Assembly: GCF_006345805.1 (NCBI RefSeq)
Contig: NC_043006.1
Coordinates: 79,856,001 to 79,920,000, forward strand
Reading direction: 5' to 3'
Source of the DNA: Octopus sinensis
Taxonomy: Eukaryota
DNA: 64,000 nucleotides
Numbering within the stretch: the stretch's first letter is position 1; every line of letters begins with the position of its first letter. The notes below the pieces were generated by a model. The model saw only the letters and a list, made by a program, of their open reading frames with translations, made no database searches and was not told where the DNA came from. The translations under genes and the position numbers were made by a program. Below, piece after piece: positions 1-14,160 of the stretch.

Positions 1-110
1 TTCTGTTAAATCTTTAATTCAATAATTCAATTGACACCTTCCTTATTAAATATATGTAGGGCCTCGTGCTTACGTCAGAAATCTTATTTGTTTATGATAT
101 ATAAAGATAT

Positions 111-169
111 ACACATGTATGTATGTATGTATGTATGTATGTATGTATGTATGTATGTATGTATGTATG

Positions 170-212
<43 letters not shown>

Positions 213-342
213 ATATACAGACATACAGACATATATACATATATATATATGTATATACACATACATACATATATATGTATATGTACATAATACATATATA
301 TATATGTATATATATATAAACATACATACATACATATATATG

Positions 343-397
<55 letters not shown>

Positions 398-435
398 AAC
401 ACATATATATAGGTATATATATATATATGCATATA
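111..435. repeat. Compound microsatellite (ATGT)n/(TA)n; representative of dozens of similar tracts across the window
   Basis: Direct reading of tandem ATGT and TA units. The overlapping ORFs (YIYI, MYVC, HTHT runs) are translations of the repeat. Confidence 0.98.
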
Positions 436-959
436 GAGTAGATTAGATAGGGAGAATGCTTTTGATATAGCAATGGGGTCATCTGACTCTGTACAGGTAA
501 CAGACCTCCCTAATAGGTCTGTTACCTGAATGACCATAGGTAACAGACCTACCTATATCCTTTCAGTAATCCAGTATTTATTTCCGGAAGTAACAGGGTC
601 TATATAGGAATGACGCATTATTTTTTCTGGACAGGAGTAGTAAAGTACTACTACAAAGGCATAGAAAATCTCTTTAGATTAAAAAAAAATTAGGATGAAA
701 CATTACTATGGGAAAGGATTATCGTAGAATAAATTTTTTGACGCTACCTTCTGTCTTGATACTAGATTATTTGAACCATTTCATAAGTCAAGTGATCGTA
801 TTAAATACATAAATGTAGCATTCAACCATCCTTTCTCAATAATAGGTGATTAGTTAAGAGTATTTCTACAAGAATTTCTAGATTATCCGCTAACAATAAA
901 ATTTCCGAATCACATGCAACTTATTATAATGTTGCTTTAGATAGGGCTGGGTAATGTTC

Positions 960-1290
960 ATCTGTAATTGACCTAATGGTGGCTCTGTTGCCTCGTTGCG
1001 CCTTCGCCACTCGAGCCTCTCGGGCGGCTCCAACTCTTTCGTTCCTCAGAGCTCGCATTTAGAGCTTACCACCATCTGTTGTTGACGATGGCACCCGTCA
1101 ATGCTCTCTTAACTAATGTGCTAATCCGGTCCCTGTAAGCCTGGCGTGCCGTGAACGACGCGTTCAGCTTCCAGTAACCGGGACTCTGCCTATGTGTCTT
1201 ATTTAAGTCAAGTGTACAAGTCACAAATTTGTGGTCTGTGTAGCTGACTATATGGAATTGTGGACAACCTACACTATCCTTTTTCACTGT
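960..1290 (-). mobile_element. L1/Tx1-like LINE fragment (end of APE endonuclease)
   Basis: ORF 1066-1287 contains ...HKFVTCTL...SPGYWKLNAS..., matching the SDH...GxWKLN signature that closes the L1/Tx1 endonuclease domain. Confidence 0.65.
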
Positions 1291-1292
1291 CC

Positions 1293-1337
<45 letters not shown>

Positions 1338-1352
1338 GGGTAGGTAGGTAGG

Positions 1353-1422
<70 letters not shown>

Positions 1423-1479
1423 TGCATATATATGGTGAATGAAAGGCGGAAGGTAGAATATATGAAAATTTATTATTAA

Positions 1480-2330
1480 TTTTAATTATTTCGAAACATT
1501 TAGCATCGCTCCCTCACGGGTGAGACACTTAACAACTGTTACCCAGCGGTGCAGATGTATTTCGTCGGGTGATAAATAGACACAACTCGTTAAAATAACA
1601 GTCCCACAATGTATCTTCTCATTTCGTAGAAAGAAAAGCAGCAAAACGAAGGAAATATCTTCATTTACATAGAAGATCAAAAATAAAATCACAGATGCAA
1701 AAAATGAAACGAACACGCAATACAGCGAGGAAAATATTAAAAATAATCGTTAACAAATATGGATGTATAAACGCCCTTGCGCAAGCTGCATGGCGCGTGT
1801 ACATTCGTTCATACAAGCATCCGCAGACATATAAGCATACACACACGTATGGTTTGGTGCACTCACGATAAGAAAGCTAGTTAAATAGCTGCTTGGTGTT
1901 TATAAGAATGGGGAGGTTAAAACTAAGCTTAATTTAGCCGTACCTTAAAGTAAGTTATGTTAACAGTTACTCAAATTCATTCCCACTGCATTGAGCGAAA
2001 GTACATTTATATTCGTGTAGGCATCTTGAGAGACTTTCAGAAATTCTATTAATGATCTTCTCATTGGTCCACAGAATAGACAGGGATTCTTCGGAGCAGA
2101 GACGGCATCTGGAAATGATGCTGTATGGTTTCGCGTGCCTTACTATAGACCAAGTTATGTTGTACTTAATTTTATCCTCCTTCAGTCGCCATACAGAATC
2201 AGCCAAAGATGTTGAACGTCTCTTATTGATTCTCTTAAAGCTGGCGACATGGTTACGACAACGAATGTTAAATGAATCAGCTGTCTACCCACTGTAAACA
2301 TACGGTTCTCCCTGTGAGGTGCATTTTTAT
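1480..2330 (-). mobile_element. Penelope-like element (PLE) 3' fragment: GIY-YIG C-terminus plus terminal-repeat-like tail
   Basis: ORF 1967-2206 WRLKEDKIKYNITWSIVRHAKPY...RCRLCSEE...RCLHE matches the PLE GIY-YIG C-terminal pattern (WxLK...W.I...A.PY...CxLC.EE...CRH). A degenerate HHR-like remnant lies at ~1480-1525. Confidence 0.75.
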
Positions 2331-2712
2331 ACATTTGTACTCATACAGAGGTGCATGAGCATTTATCATATTTATTTGTATACGAGCAAAACGCCCCTCC
2401 CCCGTCCAATGGACGGTGCTGAGTTGTCAAACATTTAAACCAAATTTTCTCAAAACAACTTGTCCGACCGTCTCATAGGCCTCCCCTTTGAGAAACACTG
2501 ATTTAACCTAAATTTGAGACACCAGCAAAAGAAGAAAAAAGATAGACTTTTTTCTATTCCAAAGAAAAACAATTTCCCACGGCTTTATCGATCGCATTCT
2601 CACTTGAAATTTTTGTAATTTTTTCATGACTTATACACGCCCTGATACCGTCGGTATCTAATATCAAATTTGAGCGCAACCGGATGGAGGATTTCCGAGC
2701 GAAAGGATTAGA

Positions 2713-2892
2713 GACAAACACTTACCTCTCTGGCCAATCGCTCATCAACTTCTTCAAGTACCACTTGGAAAGGAAGGTGAGAACGGAGAGGCAGGTTTTG
2801 TCACGTGAAAGTTTCAGAAAAAGGTGGGTAAATGTAGCAAAGGTGGTGCGTGCGAGCGACGAAACCACTTTGAGCATGATCCGGTAAATCGT

Positions 2893-2932
<40 letters not shown>

Positions 2933-3070
2933 AGAGAGAGAGAGAGGGAGGGAGAGAGAGAGAGAGAGATAGCACTTTGCTCTCATGTGTTTATTCCCCC
3001 CCCCGCCTAAGGTTACCGTGGTCTTTTTCCTTAGGCTTTTCTTTCCACGGATAAACCTAATCTTACTTCT
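2713..3070 (+). mobile_element. L1/Tx1-like LINE 3' end fragment
   Basis: LINFFKYHLERKVRTERQVL is similar to LIDVFKFHLERKVWVKREVL at the ORF2 end of the element at 9040-10240. Confidence 0.65.
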
Positions 3071-3257
3071 TACATTAAAAAAAATTTCTTCTGTGATACA
3101 CGATCCATTTTGATCACCTTCTTTCTTTTTTCTTTCTTTTTTCTTTCTTTTCCTTTTCTTTCCCTTTTTTCTTTTTTCTTTTTCATTTTCGAAAAGAAAA
3201 GTTCTACATTTGTATTTGTCCCCTCTGTGTTCAGCCCTGTGTGGCCAATAAAGAAAG

Positions 3258-3377
<120 letters not shown>

Positions 3378-3584
3378 ATGCCTTCTAGACGTACACTCCT
3401 ACAGCACTTAAAATCCAGACATATATAACGAATCATTCAGTGATGATTTTATAGTAATGTTGCCGTATATGAATAGTTCACTTTTGTTATTTGTTATAGC
3501 CTTGATCCCACTTTCTGTAGTGTGACGCAAAGTCAAGGTACACTATGAGCTGAGAAAGAATAGACCTCGTTTCAACCACCCTCT

Positions 3585-4740
3585 CTTTATGGATGATTTA
3601 AAACTGTTCGCAAAAAACAGCCTGAAATGGAGAGGCTGGTTGAGACTGTACAGATGTGCAGCAAGGATATTGGGATGGAATTCGGTATTTCGAAGTGAGC
3701 GGTGCTCACTTTGAAACGGGGGAAAAGAGCCAATTGTAGGGGAATAGAATTGTCAAACGGATAGAGAATGGAAGACCCGGAAGATGATGCGTACAAGTAC
3801 CTTGGGATCCTGGAGTTGGACAATATCTTGCACAGAGAAATGAAAGACAAGGTCATCACTCCATATCTGGAGCGCCTCAAATTTCTCTTGAAATCAAAAC
3901 TCAACTCAAGGAACCTTGTGACTACCATCAGCATATGGACTGTTGCTGTAGTTCGCTATAGTGCACCCAGCCTGAAATGTACACAAGTGGAGATTAACCA
4001 ACTTGATTGCACTACCTGAAAGACGATGAAAATGCAGGATGCCCTCCGCACAAAAGTGAACGTGCACAGCCTCTATACCAAGAGGTGTAAAGGTGAACGT
4101 GGGCTGATTAGCGTACGGAAGTGTATCAACAGTGAAAGAAGAAACATGGCAGAATATTTAGTAAACAACAAACAAGACATGTTACAGTATGCTGCTAATA
4201 CAGAAGGAACTACCAAAAATGGACTTGAGAGTGCTCGTGAATTCTGATTACAAATAGCCAACGAGAAAAAAGGAGCTCTACTCCACATGAAATTACATGG
4301 TCAGTCCCACCGTGAAACTAACAACTTAAAAGATCAGGAAGCGTCATAGAGGTGGCTCAGCAAAGGTAATCTAGAAGACAAGACTGAAAACCTAATCACC
4401 GCTGCCGAGGATCAGGCATTGAATACCAACTCAGTGAAAAGGGGTATATACCACATAAGTGCAACGAATTTATGCAGAATGTGTGAGAAGAGGGTCGAAA
4501 GCGTAACTTACATTGTTAGTGCTCGTGAAAGACATGCGCTGAAAGAGTACAAGCATAGACACGACAAGGCAGCCCAAAACCTTCACTGGATACTATGCTG
4601 GAAGTATAGATACGAGGTAACGGGTGCTTAGTACCAACATACACCGAGAAAGTTAATGGACGAAAAGGAGAAGGCAAAATCTTCTGGGACACAATATCTT
4701 CAATCAACAACATCACAATATTGGATATTGTGCGAAGTCT
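3585..4740 (+). mobile_element. R4/Dong-like non-LTR retrotransposon relic (RT C-terminal half to zinc knuckle)
   Basis: LFMDDLKLF (RT motif), YKYLGILE, AAEDQALNT, CRMC...ESV and RHDKAAQNLHWILC are spread over several frames with stops. Confidence 0.85.
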
Positions 4741-4742
4741 TA

Positions 4743-4808
<66 letters not shown>

Positions 4809-4810
<2 letters not shown>

Positions 4811-5121
4811 TATTTCAAAATACAAAGACCTGGAAATAGAGGTAACCAGAATGTGGAATCTAGAAACAGAAACAATTCCTATCATAGTAGGTGCATTAGG
4901 CATGATAAAAAAATATTCAGACAAATACATAACAAAAACACCAGGACTTACAAACACATATAACATACAGAAAATTGCACTATTAGGCACTGCACACATC
5001 CTACGCAGAACACTTTCCATACAATAACCATCAGAGCATCACAACAAATCACAGCGCATACCTAAGGCACACAGAGCTGTGCTCAGTAGTGAAGTAAAAG
5101 CACGCTATAAAAATATAATTA

Positions 5122-5125
<4 letters not shown>
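4809..5125 (+). mobile_element. R4/Dong-like 3' end (restriction-like endonuclease C-terminus plus 3' UTR) embedded in (TAA)n
   Basis: KYKDLEIEVTRMWNLETETIPIIVGALG...QKIALLGTAHILRRTL; (TAA)n on both sides (4741-4808 and ~5125-5197). Confidence 0.85.
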
Positions 5126-5196
<71 letters not shown>

Positions 5197-5197
<1 letters not shown>

Positions 5198-6505
5198 TTC
5201 CTTTCTACTATAGGTACAAGGCCTCAAATTTTGGGAGAGGGAACTAGTCGATTACATTGACCCCAGTGTTTCACTGGTACTTCATTTAGCAACCCCGAAA
5301 GGATGAAGGGTAAAGTAGACCTCGGTGAAATTTGAGCTCAAAATGTGGCGGCAGACGAAATACCGCTAAGCATTTTGCCCGGTGTGCCAACTATTCTATC
5401 AGCTAGCCGCTTAAATAATACTAATAACAATGATTTCAGATCTTTGGCACAAGGCCAGCAATTTCAGAGAAGGTGTTAATCGATTACATCGACTCCAGTA
5501 CTTGTAAATCGATCGTGAAAGGATGAAACGCAAAGGCATTCTAGACGATATTTCTTTTCAAAACGTAGAACCACTAGATATGCCAGTAAGTATTTTGTCT
5601 GAATGTGTAAAAATTTTAGCTGTTTAGAATTTAGGCGAAAGGACAGCAATTTTTAGGGACGGGGTTAGTCCATAGCATTGATTGATACGATATTTTATCG
5701 AACCGTCATGAACGAAAGGTACGGTTGACTTCGGTGGAATTTGAACTCAGAGCGTATATTGTTGGAAAAGTACGTTGCGCTATTTTTTCCGACGCTCTAA
5801 ACAGTCTTGCAGAATATTTCATAGTTTTATTGCCACAAGCGTTCATTCGTACATGCAAAAACCTGTTACAAATTTTACAAAAATGGGTAAGGATATACAA
5901 ATTTATACAAAAAGGATGGGCGGGTCAAGATTTTGGTTTCAAATTTTGGCACAGGGCTAGCAATTTCGGGTGAGTGTGTAAGTCGATTACATCGACCCCA
6001 GTGCTCAACTGGTACTTATTTTATCGTTCCTGAAAGAATGAAAAGCAAAATCAACCTCGGTGGCATTTGAACTCAGACGGACGAAATGCCGCTAACGTTT
6101 ATGCCAGCTCGTCGCTTTTGTGAGGAGGGTCAAGATATTAAGCAATATGTTGAGGTGTGTCTAGGTTTTAAAAATTACACAAAATAAATGAATATTTACA
6201 AACACACAGCATAAGGAAAAGAGTTATGACTGAAAACACACACAGGGTAGGGGAAGCCTAAGTGAATAAAGGTATATCAATAATCCTTTTTTTCTTCAAT
6301 AGGCACAAGGCCTAGAATTGCTGAGGGAGGGGTTAGTTGATTACATCGACCCCGATGTTCAACTGGTACTTATTTCATTCATCGCCCTCGAAAGGATGAA
6401 AGGTAAAGTCGACCTCGGTGGAAATTGAACTCAGAACTTAAAGACGGACGAAACGCCGCTAAGCATTTTGCCCAGCATGCTAACAGTTCTGCCAGCTCAC
6501 CGCAA
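5197..6505 (-). mobile_element. Cluster of about five copies of a tRNA-derived SINE family
   Basis: Repeated reverse complements of the unit seen at 13309-14160 (gagttcaaattccgccgaggtcgactttgcctttcatcctttcggggtcg...). Confidence 0.85.
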
Positions 6506-7599
6506 TCAGGATACACCAATAATTAAATACCAACTTACAAACACACAGTATAAGGGAAAGATTTATAAAAAAAAAAAAACACGCACAAGTAACTAATAGC
6601 TCACCTCACCCTCACACGGTAGAAATTCTAGCTCAGACTGCATCAGAACTCTGGTCACGTTAAGCTCCCATCTATTCCATAATCAGATACGCAAAATAAT
6701 CACTCCCTCTCCAAATTTCTCGCGAGCAATTAAGATATTGGAATAGTTAAGGAAGGGGTCAGGTTTTTATTAACGATCACTTGTATGTTCCACAAAGTCG
6801 AAACCGATTTCCTTAATATGGACCTCATCATTTCTGTTCCCAGCAAGACGTTAAAACAGTTGTTGGCGATACAAAGCACCGGGAACTTCCAAGATCCCCG
6901 ATGATTGTCTCCACTTCACAAGTTTTGCTCGGTTTTATCAGGTTGTTTTATTTTTTAGCGAGTTAATTGTTTTGTTCACTTGTCCCTGACAGTTTTCCAT
7001 CTTTTCATTAGACATGTTCTTATTGCCTCAAGAGAATGAATAGTGTTACTTGTTGCACCTGGTTGAGAAGGGCCTGAGGTCGTCGGCTTCTAGCATTGAG
7101 GACGAGGCGAGGTTTACGGTTATCCTTGATACTGGGATGAGTGTTCTGGAATAGCAGTGTCTAATTCTAGTTTTTGGTGTTGTTGCTAGTTCTGCTGCTG
7201 TCCGCTCTCTAGAGTAAAAATCCATCAAGTAGATTTTACTGTCATACGTATAGCAGATAAGCATTCGGCACTGCACCAACGGTATAATTGCATTTCTATC
7301 TGAAACCAAGGTCGTCTAGGGTAATTAAAAACACCAATGTCTATAAAGTCTCTGCCCATTCACTCATAGTTTCTAGTCACTTTGGAGCTCAGTCTCTGCT
7401 CATACTGTGCTGCAAAGGTAAAATAAGCCAAAGGTCAGCTTCAACACCAGATCTACCTTGCATGCCTCTAGTCGTAAAAATCTGGCGTACACTCCCGTAT
7501 ACACTGTCCGGTCGATTGAAGCCACAATAGAAGAAAATTCTAAAAGATTATTGCTTTGAATTAAGTTTTACAGCATTTACATTCACTCATCTCACTTCC

Positions 7600-7870
7600 G
7601 AAACTGTGACAACCTTATCTAACGATAGAACATTCTACGGTCTATTAGAAATAGAAACCAAATCTCTCTCAAATTAAATCCCAAATTAAATCTTAAAACG
7701 GAAGGATACAGTGGAAAATGTAGTCCAAGATAATAATCAAAAAGATTGGAATGATATTGATAATAGGTTTGCTCGATTAAATTTGATCTGTGGTTAACAA
7801 TAAAATCATAAACAATGATCGATAGAGGCAGCACCAGAAATAGTTACCACTGGGATTCAAAATCAGAAAC
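7600..7870 (+). mobile_element. Possible PLE 3' remnant
   Basis: ctattagaaatagaaacc...aaattaaatcccaaattaaat reads LLEIE...KLNPKLN, like the E..I....P.LN end of PLE GIY-YIG domains. Confidence 0.4.
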
Positions 7871-8639
7871 ACAAAAGGAAGAAAATTAAATTCTGGAACA
7901 ATATAGTTGGAGGATGCTTATACATTTGAAAAGGTGAATTTCATTCTCTGTTTATACTTTAGATTCAATCATAAATTAACATAATGAGCTAAAATGTTTA
8001 ACATTAAAGGAAAACATAAATTTCTTACTTGTGAATACAAAGATATTTAACTACCCGTTTCAAATTGGTTAGAATGGCAAAGTTGCTTTCATTTTCTTCT
8101 ACGCATTCGTTTTAGCAGCCGGACGAAAATCTGTTCGATAACTGGGTGAAATCGAATTTAACTACTCTATGCTTTGATTTTCTTTTGTTATTTTTGTTTT
8201 CTTGTTTCACTTATAGTAAACACCTTCGTAGTTAATTGAAAGCTCACAAGCCTAACAAAAGAAATCATTATCATTAGATGATATATTAATTAAGAAGGAA
8301 ATATCAACCAAATTGTTATTGATAAATGGGCGGTAATTTGCCAAAGATATTTTAGCAATGTAAATAAAAAATTTCATTTCTCAGATTCATAATTTATCGT
8401 TTGTTATATTCGGCTTTGATTGAGTAAGCCGTGTTTACAGAGGTTTGTAATAATACGAATTCAATGACAAGCAGATGTTTATCTATTAATATGAATAATG
8501 TAGATGATATATAATGTCTGACACTAGAAGAATATTTTAGGATACTGCTAATGAATATGAAATGTTCGCAGGTAATTGAGGAATTATGATTTTATAAAGC
8601 AAAATGATCATGTGTTGTCAGACATTCAGTGCCTCCAAT

Positions 8640-8689
<50 letters not shown>

Positions 8690-9039
8690 GAAAGAGAGTG
8701 AGAGAGAGAGAGAGACAGAAAAGGAGAAATTTCACGTACAGCTTCCTCTTTTATAATGCATTGGCGATTTCGTTTCCCCACTTCCTCGATTAAGGAAGGA
8801 ATTACCTGTATATGTACAGACGTCTGTCACCGCATCTTTTTTAAAAAATATTATTATGTTATGCAATATTATAACAAGAACAATTGTATATTGGACAAAA
8901 CACCATGTACTTTTTTGTTACTGCCGACTGCGATTGTCATCATTTCAACGTTGATTAAAATAATTACCTTGATTTAATCTACTACACATCTATATAATTT
9001 AACACCTGACCGCCGTGCCTTGCCCCAGTTACTACTTGA

Positions 9040-10239
9040 TTATCAGTTCCCTCTGTGTGTCGGCTTAGGCATGCCATGGCTTTTTATGTGCTGATACAGA
9101 TTCAAGTTGCACCCCCTGCAACGATTTCTGGACAGTGAACGTGTGTGGGATCCGTACATGAGACACTCCTTTCTGCAGCTCATCTCTTTGACGGAGCCGC
9201 AGTCCTGGGCGAAAGATAGACCGAGACTGGGCACCTGGCACCTAGAATCAGGCGCTCACTGTCTTCTACCAGTCGAGTAATAGGATCGGTGCATGTTCCA
9301 CTTTAGCTATATATATAAAGAATTAGTAGCAGAGAAGTGCGACGACGTTCTCAGAAAGAACCTAGGCGTCGATGAAAATGAACTAGCTAGTTTGTTCCGG
9401 AGAACTTTCGGTCAAGGACTATTATGGATAATTTCCAGATGTCTTTGGCCTAGCAGTGCTACCGGGGTGGGGTGGAGGTACCACTGGTTCGAGATAAACT
9501 CTACAGGCATGGATGTACTGTCAGACGACCTCGTGCGAGGTGCGCGCAAAGTGACGAAGTCGTTCTGCATGCATTCGTTCACTGACCGGGCATTGCTGAC
9601 TTGTGGAGTTATGTCGAACAGCTGCTGTCACATGTGGAACGGATCCGTCTGTCGGCTGAGTCAGTAGTGATGGCTGCCCCACTACCCTCCTTTAATCGGG
9701 CAGGCAAGGCAGTTTTCCTTTGCCTAGTGGCTGTGGTGAAAGAGGTCGTCTGGTGGACGTGGTTGAAAGGAATGAAGAAAAAGACATTCCCCTTTTGTAG
9801 AGCCCTCATCGACGTTTTCAAGTTTCACTTGGAAAGGAAAGTGTGGGTGAAGAGAGAGGTGCTGTTCTCGAGTGAAAGTTGCGAAAATGACTAGAATGGA
9901 TGATACCGCTCTAAGTGTAGACTTGTGAGTCGAAGTAAAGAAATTGGAGAGGGCACTTATCCTTTGTATTTACGGAGTTCTTGGACGGTGGGGTTCCTCG
10001 ATTATCCCTAGAAGTCCTCCTGTATCATGAGGACCATATCATCATCCTCTTCCCTCCTCTCTCTTACTGTCGTATAGTTTGTATAGTTCCCTTCTTTTAT
10101 TGTATACCGTGTATACTTTTCTTTCTTCATTTCTTATCATTCTAATGTATGTTAACCCCCACACTTTATGTCTGTCTTTGTATTGTCCTCTTCATCCTTC
10201 GCCCTGGTGGCAAATAAAAGAAATCATTGTTTATTATTG

Positions 10240-10240
<1 letters not shown>
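9040..10240 (+). mobile_element. 5'-truncated L1/Tx1-like LINE (post-RT region, CCHC knuckle, 3' UTR, (TTA)n tail)
   Basis: GLGMPWL...LHPLQRFLDSERVW; ARCAQSDEVVLHAFVH; pyrimidine-rich UTR ending ...aataaaagaaatc followed by (TTA)n. Confidence 0.75.
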
Positions 10241-10314
<74 letters not shown>

Positions 10315-10329
10315 GTTATTATTATTACT

Positions 10330-10850
10330 AGCACTATGACCCAGTACATACAGCAAACAGGTTGCAGCGATGGGGCACCATACAACTAATCTACGACTAC
10401 GCAATGGAATATTTACCTTCGAAAAGGCTAGGACATACTGACGGCCTATCCAAGTTAATATCCAAAAATGGCGAACCATTCGAGGACACAATAATAGCAG
10501 CCCCAAGAACTGAAGGGAAAATTAAACATATAATGAATTAAACACATAATAAACGCCTGGAAGCGAAATTGCCTACTCAAAAGTGGGATCCTTGGCCAGA
10601 AGTAAAAAGTCCATGGTCCAGACTGCATATCGATTTTGTGGGTCCGTTAAATGGCTATTACTATTTAATAGTAGTCGACAGTTTTACAAAATGGCTGGAA
10701 ATTGTTAAGTGCCAACCTCCGAAACGGTAATATGTTTTTTACACGAATTGTTCGCAAAATTTGGCACCCCAGACGTAATTGTATCTGGTAATAGAATACA
10801 ATTTGTGTCCAGTAAATCTAGAAAATTCTGCGAAATGTTAGAAACCAGTT
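10330..10850 (+). mobile_element. Ty3/gypsy LTR retrotransposon pol fragment (RNase H end and integrase core)
   Basis: NRLQRWG; MEYLPSKRLGHTDGLSKL; PWSRLHIDFVGPLNGYYYLIVVDSFTKWLE; LFAKFGTPDVIVSGN. Confidence 0.9.
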
Positions 10851-10911
10851 CTTTCTCTATTGGCAAGAAATCTTGAAATAAACTGAATAATAACATACAT
10901 ACATGCATACA

Positions 10912-11778
10912 TACAAGGTGCAATGGGTAAATTGTTGCCATTTTATATTTTAAATTTCTCTCACATAGTTTGCTTTTGATTTTGTCGACTACACACTATA
11001 GTAGGGTCAGCTGGGTAACGTCGGTGACAAAAACAGCACCATGATCAGTTCACTCTGTCAGAAATTTGGAAATGACATGTTGTACTGCTTGGTATTCGCG
11101 CCAGAAGCTCCATTATGAACAGATGGTGAACACACAGAACAACCGTTGGCTTGCTGTGTTCCCAAAACATGTACCGAAAGTGATAAAAATTAAACATCCA
11201 GTCATGGAGTGATCACTAGTGATGGCGACGTTATGCCACCATTCATCTTCCCACACGGTCTCACACTCAGCACGGAGGCCTACACTACGTGTCATGAGGA
11301 GGTAGTGCTGCTCTGGGACAAGAAGGTGGCTGCTGGAAGACCCTATGTCTGGCAACAGTACTCTGCACCATGCCACACAGCAAGAGAACCCAGTCGTGGC
11401 TGCCAGACAATTTCTGCGATCACATCTCCACAAACATCTGGACACTTAACTGCAACCCCTTGTTTATTATGTGTAGGGCACAGTTGAGGGGGAAATACCA
11501 ACAAAACTCCTTGTAACACGAAAACATGAACTGAAGGCAAAGATTACGGCAGCATTCCCCAACTTAAACAAGGAGACCACCCGGAAGGGTTGCAGGAGAT
11601 TCCGAAGTCGTCTAGAAGCCGTGGTTGGGGCGAGTGGCGATTTTATTGAATAAATTTACTCCTTAGTATTTCAAGATATTTTTATGTAATTTTGGTAAAT
11701 ATATGTGTTAAAAATGAGATGTCAGTGTTATTTTCATTTTTGCATAATTTAGACGACAATAAATTCACAGCACCCGGC
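10912..11778 (+). mobile_element. Internally deleted Tc1/mariner-superfamily element (maT/DD37D-like)
   Basis: ITSDGDVMPPFIFPHGL; AGRPYVWQQYSAPCHT. Left end is tacaaggtgcaatgggtaaattg with a diverged inverted right end. Same family as 52481-53272. Confidence 0.8.
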
Positions 11779-12604
11779 ACATATTTATTGCTCTATCTTC
11801 ACAAATGATTTCCGTCTCCTTGTGTTTTCTCATTGTCAATAGCCATTCTGATTTCCCATTCATGACCTCTCAAATGACTGTCCAATCCCGTTGCATATCT
11901 GCATTTGATGTCAAAGAGAGTTCTCACTTACTGTGCGCTAACAGCTGGTTAGATCTGCATTCATCGCCACTCTTCTATTTCCAAAGGACTTTCAGTAGAT
12001 GGGATGACAGGTGAGGTCACCATAAAGAGACATCTGTCGTTAGATTATATTTATAAATGATTGTATAACACGAGAATCACTTTTTCAGTCATCATGTCGA
12101 CTACACACTATAGTAGGGTCCTAGGTTTGACTGTAATCACGTGAAACCGCAGGTTTTACATCAGAATTTCCCTCTCCTGGAAGGATGCTGTGATAACAGC
12201 AATAGGTCCCTCACTTCTAGTGGTTCTACTGTGTAACCTGATACCAGCCAACCAGCCAACCAGCCAAGGGTATTTCTGCGTCCTCATGCTCAGATAAATT
12301 ATCACATGTGCTAGTCAACCCGTAGCTATGACCCTTGATGGGTGCTACTACTCTGAGTCAGATTAGAGCCGGGAAAAATAGTGGCTAAGAGGTGCTCTCA
12401 CATTCCTCAAAACCCTGAAACTCGTGAACCAGAGTTCCAATACCGGATGCTATAGTCAAACCTAGGACATACATATAAGCGCGCGTGCACACACACATAC
12501 ACACACACATGCATACACACACACACAAACACACAAACACACATATATGCATACAAGCATTCATTGAAGCATACATGCATAGAGACATACGTACAAGCAT
12601 ACAT

Positions 12605-12635
<31 letters not shown>

Positions 12636-12729
12636 CATACATATATATATATATGCATATGTATACAGATACATTTATACAAACATACATATACGCATGC
12701 ACACTCATGCATATATATATATGTGTATA

Positions 12730-12761
<32 letters not shown>

Positions 12762-13308
12762 CACATACATGCATGCATACAAGCATACATACAAAGATAC
12801 ATCTATATTACTTAAGCCCTATCGGAAATCATTATGTTCGTGACAATGGGTGGACAACAGGATACATGAATGAAGATAAACACACTGATCGATTGATGCA
12901 AAAGTAATTATTGAAGCAGGGTGACAGATGTTAATGCAAGGTTTAACGATTGATATTGATATTGATTTTTTTCTTGTTTTGTTTTGTTCTCTGTTTAACA
13001 TAACGCAGTCCCCAAATTGATAGACTTAGGTAAACATGTAAGTCATTTTCTGAGGGCATTAATGAAGTGAGTGAAATAAAACGCTTTCTATTGGGAATCG
13101 AAACTGGGTTGCAGAGTTTTCCTTATTTACTACACCACACTCTATACTAATAGCCACTTGAACTCTATGGATTTGTTTTTCTTTTAACTGTAATCAAAGC
13201 TTGCTATCTATATAACAGAAATGATAAAATATGGCATTTATATCTTCCCAAAAGACATTAGTACTTCGAACTTAAAATGAAATGTTTCCATTTGTATAGA
13301 GGGAAATA

Positions 13309-14160
13309 AGGCAGCGACCTGGTAGAAACGTTAGCACGCCGGGCAAAGTGCTTAGCGGTATCTCGTCTGCCGCTACGTTCCGAGTTCAAATTCCGCCGAG
13401 GTCGACTTTGCCTTTCATCCTTTCGGGGTCGATTAAACAAGTACCAGTTATGCACTGAGGTCGATGTAATCGACTTAATCCGTTTGTCGCTTCTGTGTTT
13501 AGCCCCTTGTGGGTAGTAAAGAAATGGATATTATTGAAGGCGGCGAGCTGGCTGAAACGTTAGCACCCCGGGTGAGATGCATAGCCGTATTTCGTCTGCC
13601 GTTACGTTCTGAGTTCAAATTCCGCCGAGGTCGACTTTGCCTTTAATCCTTTCGGGGTCGATAAATTAAGTACCAGATACGCACTGGGGTCGATGTAATC
13701 GACTTAATCCGTTTGTCTGTCCTTGTTTGTCCCCTCTGTGTTTAGCCCATTGTGGGTAGTAAAGAAATAGAAAGAGGCATCTCGTCTGTTGCTACGTTCT
13801 AAGTTCAAATTCCGCCAGAGTTAACTGATACTGTGTCGACTGTGCCTTTCATCCTTTCGGGTCGATTAAACAAGTACCAGTTATGCACTGGGGTCGACTT
13901 AATCCCTTTCCCCAAATTTGAGGCATTATTGTAGAAGGAAATAAGGCGGCGAGGTGGCAGAATTGTTAGCGCGCTGAACGAAATGCTTAGCGGTATTTCG
14001 CCCATCGCTGCGTTCTAAGTTCAAATTCCGCCGATGTCGACTTTGCCTTTCATCATTTTGGGGTCGATAAATTAAGTACCAGTGAAACACTGGGGTTGAT
14101 ATAATCAGCTAGTTCCTTTCCCCAAAATATTTCAGGCCTTGTACTTATAGTAGAAGAGAT
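13309..14160 (+). mobile_element. Head-to-tail array of four tRNA-derived SINE units
   Basis: Units start near 13309, 13537, 13776 (5'-truncated) and 13942, with A-box-like ggcggcgagctggc and B-box-like gagttcaaattcc. Confidence 0.9.

Noticed and set aside
497-600. 14-bp hairpin and repeated GTAACAGACCT motif
   Set aside because: Probably subterminal repeats of a degraded DNA transposon; no matching partner end was found, so it is too weak to call.
1478-1525. Degenerate hammerhead at the end of the PLE fragment
   Set aside because: The core reads CCGTGA and the UH after the TAATTA palindrome is lost. Used only as weak support for PLE origin.
6600-7530. Possible LINE remnant on the minus strand
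   Set aside because: No motif could be read confidently across frames, so it was left uncalled.
8361-8425. Possible isolated exon (tttctcAG ... GTaagc)
   Set aside because: No partner exons, ORF or homology support it; such sites are frequent by chance in AT-rich DNA.
13309-14160. Repeat-spacer appearance resembling CRISPR
   Set aside because: The units are ~200-bp tRNA-derived SINEs without unique spacers, no cas genes are present, and the context is eukaryotic.
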